Assembly: GCA_963769885.1 (NCBI GenBank)
Contig: CAVYNH010000004.1
Location: forward strand, 160,001-224,000
Direction of reading: 5' to 3'
Source of the DNA: Methanobacteriota archaeon
Lineage (GTDB): Archaea; Thermoplasmatota; E2; DHVEG-1
Length of the DNA stretch: 64,000 nucleotides
A model generated the notes under the pieces. That model was not told where the DNA came from. It saw only the letters and a list, made by a program, of their open reading frames with translations, and searched no databases. Both the position numbers and the translations under genes were made by a program. Positions 1-9,567 of this stretch are shown here, one piece after another (position 1 is the first letter of the stretch; each line of letters starts with the position of its first letter).

Positions 1-201
1 GGCCGGGCGATGGAGGAAGTCCGCGACTTCCAGGAGATCGACGTCACCAAGGACGGCGTCATCGACCAGAACAACCTGATGATGCTGGCCGGCAAGAAGA
101 TCAACCTGCGGGCGGGTGCCCGGTTCCTGGAGATCTTCGGGACGCATCCGAACGTGGTGAAGCGCATCAAGCACCTCGCCAGCCTGCAGTACGCCTCCTA
201 A
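1..201 (+). CDS. C-terminal end of an HtpX/M48-family zinc metalloprotease (5' truncated by window edge)
   Basis: Ends EIFGTHPNVVKRIKHL, matching the F-x-THP-x4-RI motif of M48 proteases. Confidence 0.7.
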   Translation, partial: GRAMEEVRDFQEIDVTKDGVIDQNNLMMLAGKKINLRAGARFLEIFGTHPNVVKRIKHLASLQYAS

Positions 202-208
202 AGGCTAC

Positions 209-539
209 ATGCGGATCTGGGATGTCCCGCCTCGTGATTTGTGCCGTAGCCATCTCCTCGGTGATCACCGGGAGCTGCATGCGATCTGGTCCATTCTCGT
301 TCATCAGAACAAAGGGTACGCCAATCATCCAGAAACACTGCGCTGGAAGGGGAAATAACGCGCGTTGTACCTGCGACATGAGCAAATAGTAAACGAGATG
401 GTACAGCGGGGGTACCGCCATTTCAGCCCCATTGGACAAATCATTTGCTCCAGGGGAGAGCCAGCAGGACGTCTTTGTCGATTCGCCTGATGAGCAAGTT
501 CGTTTGCTACGACAGAAAAAATGTGGATGCACTGTGTGA
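209..539 (+). pseudogene. Disrupted pyrimidine-dimer DNA glycosylase (T4 endonuclease V-like) gene
   Basis: Manual translation from ATG 209: MRIWDVPPRDLCRSHLLGDHRELHAIW...HPETLRWKGK, in-frame TAA at 356-358, then RALYLRHEQIVNEMVQRGYRHFSP; +1 shift near 421-430 gives LDKS...KKCGCTV-stop (537-539). Absent from ORF track. Confidence 0.75.
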
Positions 540-572
540 CTTCAGAGAAAAAAAATAGAAAAGGGGATGGTT

Positions 573-821
573 CTACTTTTGTCCGACGCCACCCCATTTT
601 GAGATATATATGATTCCGAGAACAGATACAAGTGTTATAACCACTGCTACGATTATTGCATAAGCTGCACCGGTCCATGTTGTTGGTCCAGTCGCAAGCC
701 AAAGTCCTGCAAGTGTCATTATCCCAACTATGATATCTTTCCAGATTAGAGCTATGATAAAACCAAATGCCGCTGCTATTGCTACTGCTATCGTGCTCTT
801 GATTTCTTTTATGGTTACCAT
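573..821 (-). CDS. Small two-helix membrane protein (DUF5654-like)
   Basis: AAAFGFIIALIWKDII motif, two hydrophobic segments, upstream GAGGTGA RBS. Confidence 0.7.
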   Translation of the reverse strand: MVTIKEIKSTIAVAIAAAFGFIIALIWKDIIVGIMTLAGLWLATGPTTWTGAAYAIIVAVVITLVSVLGIIYISKWGGVGQK

Positions 822-896
822 CTCTCACCTCTCTCCTTTTTGCTACTAGAAACAATTTCTTTCTATATAATCGTTATGGATTTAGAAAAACACACG

Positions 897-1907
897 TTAT
901 TCGAGGGGTATCAATGTTTTTCCATACAGGAGGCGGAACCAGCAGAGCGGCCAGACAATGATGGCGCCGAGAATGAGGAGCAAGCCGCCGGGTCCGATGG
1001 CGGAGAGCAGCATAACCGAAAGGACCAGGGGGACGAGCAGGAGGCTGAGCCCCTCGTGAACCCCGGTGATACGCAGGAAGGTGTTCCGTGAGGGTGACGG
1101 GCCACGCAGGAGGAGTGCCGTGGTCACCAGAAGGAGCATTGAAATAATGATGTAGCAGACGAGTGGGATTGGGAGCCCATCAATACTGCTTGCGACCAGA
1201 CCCAATGCGAACGGCAGGCCGAGAACCACGAGAAAGGCGACAGAGATGCCGGCAGCGTAGACGCGGAACACCCAGGGAATCGTGGTCTTCCCGTTTGTCG
1301 CGGTGACACCGAAGACGGTCGGTGAGGTGTAGACCTTGCTCTTAGCGTCCTCCTCGACGTCCTTGAGATTCGCGGTGATGCCGACACTGAAGACCCACTG
1401 CAGGTAGAATGCGGTGGCGACGAGCCATACCACAAGGTTCACCGAGCCCTGAGTGTAAACTGCGCCTGCAAGTGTGAGGACGAACACCCCAAGGCCCAAG
1501 ACGCACTCCAGAAACGGGAGGCGTTTGTTCAGTATGTTGTAAGTCACGGCGCACCCGATCGCGGCCATGACAAGCCCGAGGGAGAGCAAAGACTCCACGG
1601 ACAAAGAGAGGATCAGCATACCGATGAAGGCGAATATAGTGATGATGACCGCATGACGTTTTGGGACCCTGCCCTCAAGCAGCGGGCGTGCAGCGACATA
1701 TCGAGAGCGGGCGTCGACCGCCATATCCACGATGTCGTTCTGCACGAATGTGAACACATGATACAGGCAGCCCATGAGCAGCAGCAGCAAAAGGACCGGC
1801 GGATGCGCCTCATGATTCGCCACCGCCCCGAACACCGGCGCAAGCCCCAGAAACAGCATACCGTAGGGACGGATCAACCGCAGGTACTGCCCGAGCCTGC
1901 CGACCAT
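897..1907 (-). CDS. UbiA-family prenyltransferase
   Basis: LIRP start, NDIVDMAVD and ANLKDVEED aspartate-rich motifs, RPL..G, multiple TM helices. Confidence 0.9.
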   Translation of the reverse strand: MVGRLGQYLRLIRPYGMLFLGLAPVFGAVANHEAHPPVLLLLLLMGCLYHVFTFVQNDIVDMAVDARSRYVAARPLLEGRVPKRHAVIITIFAFIGMLILSLSVESLLSLGLVMAAIGCAVTYNILNKRLPFLECVLGLGVFVLTLAGAVYTQGSVNLVVWLVATAFYLQWVFSVGITANLKDVEEDAKSKVYTSPTVFGVTATNGKTTIPWVFRVYAAGISVAFLVVLGLPFALGLVASSIDGLPIPLVCYIIISMLLLVTTALLLRGPSPSRNTFLRITGVHEGLSLLLVPLVLSVMLLSAIGPGGLLLILGAIIVWPLCWFRLLYGKTLIPLE

Positions 1908-1911
1908 CCCA

Positions 1912-2265
1912 CTACCTCAACGCAGTTTTCTCCACCCACTTCCCCTCGCCCTCCCACAGCCGCACTGAGGCCAGGGGTAGCTTGTCCTGCAGTCGCGCCC
2001 AGATCCACTCGATCAACGACTCCGCCGTCGGATTTGCGACCACGTCGTTTAACAGCTGATGGTCCAAGACTGAGATGACCTCATGGCGGACGATGTCCTT
2101 GACCGCGGAGAAGTCCATGACCATTCCGTTCTTCCCCACCGGACCCTCGGCGACGACCTCCAGGCGGTAGGTATGCCCATGCGTCTGCCGGCAGGGCCCC
2201 TCATGGCCGGGGATGGAATGCCCGGCGTCAAACACGAACTCGCAGCCGATCCGCATCGTACTCAT
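1912..2265 (-). CDS. queD: 6-carboxy-5,6,7,8-tetrahydropterin synthase
   Basis: FDAGH, C-x3-HGHTY, MVMDF, LDH..LN, NPTAE motifs; start at 2265 or 2256. Confidence 0.93.
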   Translation of the reverse strand: MSTMRIGCEFVFDAGHSIPGHEGPCRQTHGHTYRLEVVAEGPVGKNGMVMDFSAVKDIVRHEVISVLDHQLLNDVVANPTAESLIEWIWARLQDKLPLASVRLWEGEGKWVEKTALR

Positions 2266-2331
2266 ACCCGGCCACAACACACACCTGCGATATTAACAAT
2301 TCGGACCCACAAAATTAGAGGAATCCAGGAT

Positions 2332-2356
2332 AGGGCTGTACAACAAGCCTTTATAA
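2332..2356 (+). promoter_or_regulatory. Conserved AGGGCTGTACAACAA element abutting a TTTATAA TATA box
   Basis: 14/15 identical to 44190-44204; TATA ends 24 nt before ATG 2380 (leaderless spacing). Confidence 0.6.
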
Positions 2357-2379
2357 GCATGAGCCCAACCCTATCCCTG

Positions 2380-2517
2380 ATGATGGTCATCGGACTGCTC
2401 ACCAGCGAGGAAGAAGCCAACGAACTGCAATACATCGCCACGGTCTGCACCCTCGAAGAGCGCATCCACCGCATCGTCCACATCGCTAGAATCAAAAACA
2501 TCAGCACAAACTACTAA
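2380..2517 (+). CDS. 45-aa microprotein, probable paralogue of 44253-44372
   Basis: MMVIGLLTSEEEANELQYIATVCTLEERIHRIVHIARIKNISTNY; host-like codons; aligns ungapped with the 44253 ORF. Confidence 0.6.
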   Translation: MMVIGLLTSEEEANELQYIATVCTLEERIHRIVHIARIKNISTNY

Positions 2518-2543
2518 AATAAAACCCTCGTTTTCTCCCAACG

Positions 2544-3407
2544 ATGACGATCCTCCTGGTCTCCTCCAGCGAAGACCCCGCCAGCACCAACATCAAAGAC
2601 GGCCTCCTACAGCAACATGCTTGGCAGCAGACCGCCACCTTCTCCAACGCCCCCGCCTACACCTCCCCTACCCTCTACGACATCGTCCTCCTCACCATCC
2701 CCGACAGAAAGATCCGCCATGAACACCTCCAAGACGAAGTCACCGCAAGCCTCGGCATCACCCCAACCCTCGCCATCTTCCTCAGCCGCCACCGCAGCAA
2801 GACCGGCCCACCCACCCTCACCGTCCACCCCATCGGCAACTACGCCGCCGCCGAGTTCGGCGGCCGCCCCCAGACCCTCGTCCCCGCCGCCCCCCACATC
2901 CAGACCCAACTCCTCCGACTCATCAACACCCGCGTCGCCCAGACACAACTCCCGTACAAGGTCTGCTTCGAAGTCACCCACCACGGCCCCTACCTCACCA
3001 TCCCCACCCTCTTCGTCGAAGTCGGCAGCACCGAGACCCAATGGCAAGAAAAACCACCCGCCGACCTCATCGCCAGCGCCCTCCTCGACCTTCTCCCTAC
3101 CATCCCTATACTTAAACCCGATGTCCCGGTCCTCGTCGGCATCGGCGGCGGCCACTACGCCCCCCGCTTCACTGACATCGCCCTCCAACGACAGGCCAGC
3201 TTCGGCCACATGCTTCCCACCTACCACATCCAAGACGCAATCGATGAGCACATGCTCGAGCTCGCCTTCGCCGAGACCCCAAGCGTCACGGGCGCCTACC
3301 TGCACCGCAAGGAACTCAAGAAATCACAGGCCACCGCGCTGACGAAATGGTGCGACGCGCATGGCATCCCGGTCGTCTCGAGCAACAACCTGCCCCTGCT
3401 TCAGTAA
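2544..3407 (+). CDS. dtdA: Archaeal-type D-aminoacyl-tRNA deacylase
   Basis: DPAS.NI, SRHRS, LTVHPIGN, EVTHHGP, FVEVGS, GGGHYAP motifs. Confidence 0.93.
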   Translation: MTILLVSSSEDPASTNIKDGLLQQHAWQQTATFSNAPAYTSPTLYDIVLLTIPDRKIRHEHLQDEVTASLGITPTLAIFLSRHRSKTGPPTLTVHPIGNYAAAEFGGRPQTLVPAAPHIQTQLLRLINTRVAQTQLPYKVCFEVTHHGPYLTIPTLFVEVGSTETQWQEKPPADLIASALLDLLPTIPILKPDVPVLVGIGGGHYAPRFTDIALQRQASFGHMLPTYHIQDAIDEHMLELAFAETPSVTGAYLHRKELKKSQATALTKWCDAHGIPVVSSNNLPLLQ

Positions 3408-4322
3408 CCCCACCCCCGCCAGCACATGCGCCAGCCGCAACGGCTCTGGATGTTTCACCCGCGACGTCTTCTTCACGATTTCCACACACGACTCAAGCGA
3501 CATCCGATGCCCCGGCGAGACGTACAACGGCCGCGTCGCCGACCCCGAACACACCGCGACACCACGACGCTCCCCATCCACAAACACATCCGTCCCCCGG
3601 ACCTCCCCGCAGAGACGACTCTTCGCCACCCCGACCGTCGGCGTATCACAGACGACGCCGGCATGGCTCGCGAACCCACAGCGCGCCGGATGCAGGATCC
3701 CCTGACCATCCAGGAGCACCACAGACGGCGGTGAAGACGCCATCTTCAGCAGCCGCTCCACGAACGGCACCTCACGATACGAGAAATACGTCGGGATGAA
3801 CGGAAACCGCGTCGACAACGACACCGTCCGCTCCTCCACCACGGCCCCCGTCTTATAATCCACCGCCACATACGCCCCACACGCCTTCGCAAACTCACTC
3901 CTTGGATACGCCACGTCGATCCCCGCGACAACCTCCAGCGGCGGGAAATCATCCTCGACCCGCACCCGCTCACCGAGTTTCTGCTGCTCACGCCGCAGCC
4001 GACGCAAGGGAAACTCCGTCGAAAACTCATTGAAGAACACCCGATGAAAATCAACAATCATTCCATCCTGGACCTGCACATTCTCACGCGCAAGCCGACG
4101 CACCTTCTCCTCAAGCCCCAGACCGAACCCCCCGAGCCGACCATCGGAATGCACAACCTTGAAACACGGCATCCCCTCCGGATCCGGGTTCTGGTTCATC
4201 ATCCGCCCCACCGCCCGAGACGCCACAATGTCCCCCAACGCCGCGGCCACCGCCCCATACGACGTCACATGACCAGCCGGCACCTGACGCACCAAATCAT
4301 ACGTATACGCAATCAAATCCAT
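3324..4322 (-). CDS. O6-alkylguanine alkyltransferase (Ogt-like) domain fused to endonuclease V
   Basis: N-term VPAGHVTSYG, RAVG, PCFKVV; C-term GIDVAY, YRE, LDGQGILHP, GVAKS, SPGH, PEPLRLAH; likely ATG 4322. Confidence 0.9.
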   Translation of the reverse strand: MDLIAYTYDLVRQVPAGHVTSYGAVAAALGDIVASRAVGRMMNQNPDPEGMPCFKVVHSDGRLGGFGLGLEEKVRRLARENVQVQDGMIVDFHRVFFNEFSTEFPLRRLRREQQKLGERVRVEDDFPPLEVVAGIDVAYPRSEFAKACGAYVAVDYKTGAVVEERTVSLSTRFPFIPTYFSYREVPFVERLLKMASSPPSVVLLDGQGILHPARCGFASHAGVVCDTPTVGVAKSRLCGEVRGTDVFVDGERRGVAVCSGSATRPLYVSPGHRMSLESCVEIVKKTSRVKHPEPLRLAHVLAGVGLLKQGQVVARDDRDAMRVAPFRQRGGL

Positions 4323-4403
4323 AAACAACACAAGGATACCAGGAGAGGCGCTAAAAACCTTTCCCACCAAGTTTAAACCACCACCACCCAATCCCCCCAC
4401 CCA

Positions 4404-5180
4404 ATGGGATTCCTCAAATTCCTCGGCACCGCCGGCGCCCGCTTCGTCGTCATGCGCCAGCTCCGCGCCAGCGGCGGCCTCTGGCTCAACCTCGACGACA
4501 CCACCCTCCTCATCGACCCCGGCCCCGGCTGCCTCCTCCGCTGCCTCCACAGCCACCCACCCCTCGACCCACGCACCCTCGACGGCATCCTCCTCACCCA
4601 CCGCCACCTCGACCACTCAAACGACATCAACATCATGATCGAAGCCATGACCAACGGCGGCTACCACAAAAAAGGCACCGTCTACGCCCCCCAGGATGCC
4701 CTCACCGACGACCCCGTCATCCTCAGACACGCCCAACACCAAGTCAACACCCTCCAAACCCTCCACCCCACCCACACCTACACCCTCAACACCCTCACCC
4801 TCACCACCTCACCACCCCTCCACCACAGCGTCGAAACCTACGGCCTCACCATCCACGGAAAAACCCAAAGCATCGCCCTCATCACCGACACCGCCTACTA
4901 CCCCGACCTCACCACCCAATTCCCCGCCGACATCCTCATCATCAACGTCGTCCTCCAAGACAAAAAAGACGGCATCCAACACCTCAGCCTCCCCGACGCC
5001 GAAACCATCATCGCCGGCAACCACCCCCACCTCGCCGTCCTCACCCACTTCGGTATGACCCTCGTCAAAGCCCAGCCCCACACCGTCGCCCAAGCCATGG
5101 CCGAACGCCTCGGCATCCCCGTCATCGCCGCCACCGACGACCTCACCCTCCCCCTCCCCTACACCCACCCAACACCCTGA
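4404..5180 (+). CDS. MBL-fold metallo-hydrolase
   Basis: FLGTAG, LIDPGPG, THRHLDH, LTHFG motifs. Confidence 0.9.
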   Translation: MGFLKFLGTAGARFVVMRQLRASGGLWLNLDDTTLLIDPGPGCLLRCLHSHPPLDPRTLDGILLTHRHLDHSNDINIMIEAMTNGGYHKKGTVYAPQDALTDDPVILRHAQHQVNTLQTLHPTHTYTLNTLTLTTSPPLHHSVETYGLTIHGKTQSIALITDTAYYPDLTTQFPADILIINVVLQDKKDGIQHLSLPDAETIIAGNHPHLAVLTHFGMTLVKAQPHTVAQAMAERLGIPVIAATDDLTLPLPYTHPTP

Positions 5181-5215
5181 AAAGACCCACCACATTCCCT
5201 TCACCCAAAGACCCT

Positions 5216-6202
5216 ATGGACACCAGCCTCACCCACCTCCCCCGCTACAAAAACATCCTCTCTGGCAATGGCATCGCCGCCTACCTCACCACCAAACACC
5301 AGACTGTCGCTTATACCGACACCATGACCATTGACGAACTCTGGAAACAACACGACATCCCAGACCACTCCCCACCTCCCACTGATTCCTCACACAGCCT
5401 CCTCGGCCTCAAATGCACCATCGCACAGCGCATCCTCACCTCCTGCACCCTCTGCGAACGCCGCTGCCACACCAACCGACGACAACACCAGGGCCCCTGT
5501 CACACCCAACACTCCCACATCACCACCGAATTCCTGCACACCGGCGAAGAACCACCACTCATCCCCTCCCACACCATCTTCTTCTCCGGCTGCCCCCTCC
5601 ACTGCGCCTTCTGCCAAAACCACGACATCAGCCAGACCACCACCGGCACCACCATCCCACCACAAGAGCTTGCCCGCATCATCGCCGAACGCCATATCCA
5701 CGGCGCCCGCAACGTCAACTGGGTCGGCGGCGACCCCACCCCTAACCTCCCTTATATCCTCACCGTCCTCACCCATCTCATCACCAACACCCCCCAGATC
5801 TGGAACTCAAACATGTACTACAGCACCGAGACGATGCGCCTCCTCGACGGCATCATCGACCTCTACCTCACCGACTACAAGTTCGGCAACGACGCCTGCG
5901 CCATACGCCTCGCCGACGCCACCAACTATACCGCTGTCGTCCAGCGTAACCATCTTCATGCCGCAGAGACTGCGGATGTCCTCATCCGCCACCTCCTTCT
6001 TCCAAATCATTTCGAGTGCTGTACCATCCCTGCTCTCGATTGGATTGCCTCCAACATCCCCTCTGCTGTCGTCAACATCATGGCGCAATATCATCCTGAC
6101 TACCACGCCAATGAGTACCCCGATATCGCCAACACCATCGCTATCCAGGATTACCGTACCGCACTGAACTACGCTGAAACCCTCGGCCTGCATCTCATTT
6201 GA
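5216..6202 (+). CDS. Radical SAM protein (PflX-like)
   Basis: CTLCERRC plus CPLHCAFCQN, GGDPTP, IRHLLLPNH, MAQYHP. Confidence 0.88.
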   Translation: MDTSLTHLPRYKNILSGNGIAAYLTTKHQTVAYTDTMTIDELWKQHDIPDHSPPPTDSSHSLLGLKCTIAQRILTSCTLCERRCHTNRRQHQGPCHTQHSHITTEFLHTGEEPPLIPSHTIFFSGCPLHCAFCQNHDISQTTTGTTIPPQELARIIAERHIHGARNVNWVGGDPTPNLPYILTVLTHLITNTPQIWNSNMYYSTETMRLLDGIIDLYLTDYKFGNDACAIRLADATNYTAVVQRNHLHAAETADVLIRHLLLPNHFECCTIPALDWIASNIPSAVVNIMAQYHPDYHANEYPDIANTIAIQDYRTALNYAETLGLHLI

Positions 6203-6238
6203 AAAACAACCGAGAAAAAACAGAGGAGAGGAGCGGGG

Positions 6239-7003
6239 TTATCGACGATGGTTCCAGGCCGGGTCGTCGAACATCTCTCGACGGTACCTTCTGGCGTACG
6301 CGGATTCCTCCGATGTGAGATAGCCGGGGTTGAAGGTGACGTCGAATTCTTCCTCGAAGCCCTTTCGCATGGCCAGGGCCGTCTCGTCGAAGGAGACGTC
6401 ACGGCCGAGGACAGCTTTCATCGAGGTGACCCTTTGCCGGGCATCGGTGATCAGTTTGTCCTTCAGCTTCTCATCGGGGACTTTGAGCAGCGAGAACATA
6501 GTGTCGACGTCGACATCGAGGAGGATGGTCCCGTGCTGGAGGACGACGCCCTGTTTACGCGTCTGGGCGTTCCCTGAGATTTTCTTGCCCCCTGCGAGGA
6601 TATCGTTGATTGGGGCGAAGCTGCTGTCGATATTGAGCTGTCTGAAACCGAGGATAAGGGCGTTGCAGATTCGTTCATAGCTTTGGATGATGTTCTGTGG
6701 CATCGCAGGATTGTTCTCCTCGATGACGATGCTGTATGTTAGTTCCGCGTCGTGGTAGACGGCGCCCCCGCCGGTGATGCGTCGGACGACGTCGACATGG
6801 TGCTGGTGGCAGGCCTGGAGGTCGACTTCCTCTTCGAGGCTTTGGAAGTAGCCTATGGAGATGGCGGGCGGCTGCCAGCGGTAGAAGCGGACGGTGGGGG
6901 GGACGAGGTGGCGGCGGTGTGCCTCAAGGATGGCACGGTCAATGGCCATGTTGGCAGATGCGGTGTTCGCACCTGTTTGAAGGAGTCGCCAGGGTTCGGT
7001 CAT
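6239..7003 (-). CDS. lplA: Lipoate-protein ligase, catalytic (N-terminal) subunit
   Basis: NMAID, RRITGGGAVYHD, KKISGNAQ, QHGTIL; ATGA overlap with upstream gene. Confidence 0.9.
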   Translation of the reverse strand: MTEPWRLLQTGANTASANMAIDRAILEAHRRHLVPPTVRFYRWQPPAISIGYFQSLEEEVDLQACHQHHVDVVRRITGGGAVYHDAELTYSIVIEENNPAMPQNIIQSYERICNALILGFRQLNIDSSFAPINDILAGGKKISGNAQTRKQGVVLQHGTILLDVDVDTMFSLLKVPDEKLKDKLITDARQRVTSMKAVLGRDVSFDETALAMRKGFEEEFDVTFNPGYLTSEESAYARRYRREMFDDPAWNHRR

Positions 7004-7296
7004 GGGAGGCACTTCAAGATGGCTTGGGTGAGGCCTTCGGGGGTGAGGCCGATGAGTTGGAGGTGGTGGGTGTCGATGAGGGAGGTTATTTTCTGGTGGA
7101 GGTCGTGCTGGGTGATAGGGGTGCCGGGGAGGCCGGTTTCGAGGATGTCGATGGCTTCTTCGGGGTAGGCGAAGAAGTCGCCGGTGATCTGGATGGTGGT
7201 GATGGTGTTGGTGGCGGGGTCGGTGGTGAGGGTGAGTTTGATGAGTTTGCCGTGGGGGTCTTTGTAGGTGATCTTGGTTGGGGTGGGTGTGGTCAT
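7000..7296 (-). CDS. Lipoate-protein ligase accessory (C-terminal domain) subunit, LplB-like
   Basis: GKLIK, I.ITGDFFAYPEEAI..LE..L.G motif. Confidence 0.85.
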   Translation of the reverse strand: MTTPTPTKITYKDPHGKLIKLTLTTDPATNTITTIQITGDFFAYPEEAIDILETGLPGTPITQHDLHQKITSLIDTHHLQLIGLTPEGLTQAILKCLP

Positions 7297-8162
7297 GGGG
7301 TGGCCTTGCGGGCGTGGGTGTAGGTTTGGTGGGCGTGGTAGGAGCTGCGGACGAGGGGGCCGGCTTCGATGGTGTGGATGCCGAGGGTGTGGGCGTAGGT
7401 TTTGAGGGCGTGGAATTCGGTGGGGGTGTAGTAGTGGTGGATGGGTTCGTGGTGTGTGGTGGGTTGGAGGTATTGGCCGATGGTGAGGATGTCGATGTTG
7501 GCGGTGTTGAGGTCGTGGAGGGTGTGGTGGATTTGTGCTGTAGTTTCGCCGAGGCCGATCATGAGGCCGGATTTGGTGGTGATGGTGGGGGCGATTGTTT
7601 TGGTGGTTTTGAGGAGGGTGAGGCTGGTGGTGTAGTTGCCTTGGGGGCGGATGGTGGGGAAGAGGGGTTGGACGGTTTCGATGTTGTGGTTGAGGATGTC
7701 GGGGTTGGCGTCAAGGATGGTGGTGAGGTGGGTGATGTTGCCTTGGAGGTCGGGGATGAGGGCTTCGATGGTGGTGAGTGGGTTGCGTTCACGGATTGCG
7801 GTGATGGTGGTGGCGAAGTGCTGGGCGCCGCCGTCCGGGAGGTTGTCGCGGGTGACGCTGGTGATGACGGCGTGGGTGAGGCTGAGGGTTTTGACTGCGG
7901 TGGCGACGTTAGTAGGTTCGGTGGGGTCTAGGGGGGTGGGGGTGCCGTGGTGGACGTGGCAGTAGCGGCAGTGTCTGGTGCAGGTGTCGCCGAGGATGAG
8001 GAAGACGGCGGTGCCAGCGGCGTAGCATTCGGCGAGGTTGGGGCATTTGGCTTCGTGGCAGATGGTGTGGAGGTTGGCGGATTTAAGGAGGGTAGTGATG
8101 GTCTGGTAGGTGGGGCCGCCGGGGATGGGGGTTTTGAGCCAGTCGGGGTGTCGTCTTGGCAT
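7293..8162 (-). CDS. lipA: Lipoyl synthase
   Basis: CHEAKCPNLAEC, CTRHCRYC, HNIETV, KSGLMIGLGE, RSSY. Confidence 0.96.
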   Translation of the reverse strand: MPRRHPDWLKTPIPGGPTYQTITTLLKSANLHTICHEAKCPNLAECYAAGTAVFLILGDTCTRHCRYCHVHHGTPTPLDPTEPTNVATAVKTLSLTHAVITSVTRDNLPDGGAQHFATTITAIRERNPLTTIEALIPDLQGNITHLTTILDANPDILNHNIETVQPLFPTIRPQGNYTTSLTLLKTTKTIAPTITTKSGLMIGLGETTAQIHHTLHDLNTANIDILTIGQYLQPTTHHEPIHHYYTPTEFHALKTYAHTLGIHTIEAGPLVRSSYHAHQTYTHARKATP

Positions 8163-8213
8163 AGGTGTGGGATGTTTAGGGGTGGGGTGGTTTTTGAGGT
8201 TTATGGTTTGTGG

Positions 8214-9428
8214 TTAGACGCCGATGGTGACTCTGAGGAGGTCGCGGAGTCCTGGGCTGGCGCCGAGGATGAGGATGCCGATTTTGAGGAGGTTGATGAG
8301 GCGGGGGTAGCGGTCGGTCTCGTGTTTGTAGGCGATGTCGAAGAGGTAGATGATGAGGAGGATGAGGAGGATTTTGATGAGAGGGTAGAGGGGGGGCCAG
8401 ATCGTGAGGAGGGCGTTGGAGGCGGGGTGTTTTTCGAGGTAGGGGGGGAGGCCGAGGTGGAGGGGGTCGGAGATGCTGAGGTAGCTGCTGACGCCGTCGA
8501 GGGTGTGGCCGGCGAGCATGGCGAGGTTGAGGGGGTTGGCGTAGGCTTTGAGGGGGGTGTTGCGGTAGTGGCGGCCGATGGCCCAGGTTGTTGTGGTGAC
8601 GAGGGTGACGATGAGAAGGTCGGCGGCGAGGACGGCGAGGTAGGTGCCTTGGGTGGGGCTCCAGGGGGTGAGGATGTAGTGGGCGATGAGGGCGGTGGAG
8701 GGGAGCAGGACGAGGAGGCCGCCGGAGAAGACAATGAGGTTGAGGCTTGGAATCCGATTTTTATATCCGGTCCAGGCGAGGGGGAGGAAGGCGAGGAGGG
8801 AGAGGGCGGTGAAGACGAGGGGGTGGAGGGGGGCGACGCCGCCGGTGTTCCCAGTGAGCCAGAGGAGGGTGTAGATGAGGTCGCCGAGGAGGAAGACGCC
8901 GAGCAGAAGGAGGGTGATGGCGCGGGGGGAGTGGTTCTTTGAGAGACGTCGTTCGGCGTAGAGGCCGAGGAAGAGGAAGACGAAGACGTAGAGGGCGGTC
9001 TGGACATAGAGGAGGGGGGAGATGAAGACGTAGACTGCGGGCGGGGTGAAGAAGGCAGTGTCTTCCAGGACTCTGGTAACCGGGCCGAAGAGGATGTAAG
9101 GCAGCAGGGCGAGGCAGAATCTCCAGTCGATTTGAATCTCGAGGCGTTTGAGGAGCTTATAAATGCCCAGGATGGCGAGGATGAGGATGATGCCGTAGGT
9201 GATCTCGGAGACGAGGGTGTAGCCTTCGTAGGCGGCCACGCCATGATAGACGGCAGGGTGGCTTTGGGCGTCCGCCATGACCGGGCCCCAGTAGTACTGC
9301 CAGATCCAGTGGTCGTAGAACACCGAGGGGAACAGGAGGCAGCCGGCGACGACGATAAGGACGACAAGGAGGGTGAGAAGGAGGCTGAGGCTGAGGAGGT
9401 GGCGGCGGAGGAGCGCGGGGGTCCTCAT
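8214..9428 (-). CDS. DUF63-family archaeal membrane protein
   Basis: YYWGP, RVLED, HTLDG.S, YLEKH, LGASPGLRDLLR motifs; many TM helices. Confidence 0.85.
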   Translation of the reverse strand: MRTPALLRRHLLSLSLLLTLLVVLIVVAGCLLFPSVFYDHWIWQYYWGPVMADAQSHPAVYHGVAAYEGYTLVSEITYGIILILAILGIYKLLKRLEIQIDWRFCLALLPYILFGPVTRVLEDTAFFTPPAVYVFISPLLYVQTALYVFVFLFLGLYAERRLSKNHSPRAITLLLLGVFLLGDLIYTLLWLTGNTGGVAPLHPLVFTALSLLAFLPLAWTGYKNRIPSLNLIVFSGGLLVLLPSTALIAHYILTPWSPTQGTYLAVLAADLLIVTLVTTTTWAIGRHYRNTPLKAYANPLNLAMLAGHTLDGVSSYLSISDPLHLGLPPYLEKHPASNALLTIWPPLYPLIKILLILLIIYLFDIAYKHETDRYPRLINLLKIGILILGASPGLRDLLRVTIGV

Positions 9429-9567
9429 GAGGCGGGCAAAGCCCCAGGCGGTTTATAAAGGCTGGCACGTGGCATCGTCGGCAGAATCCAGGAGGAGGTA
9501 GGGGTCTATAGGGAGGGGGGGATAAAAAAGTAATATAACGAACCTCCGGTTTACCTACTAGAGGCTC

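Noticed and set aside
356-358. In-frame TAA as stop-codon reassignment
   Set aside because: TAA terminates many genes here and the same gene also has a frameshift.
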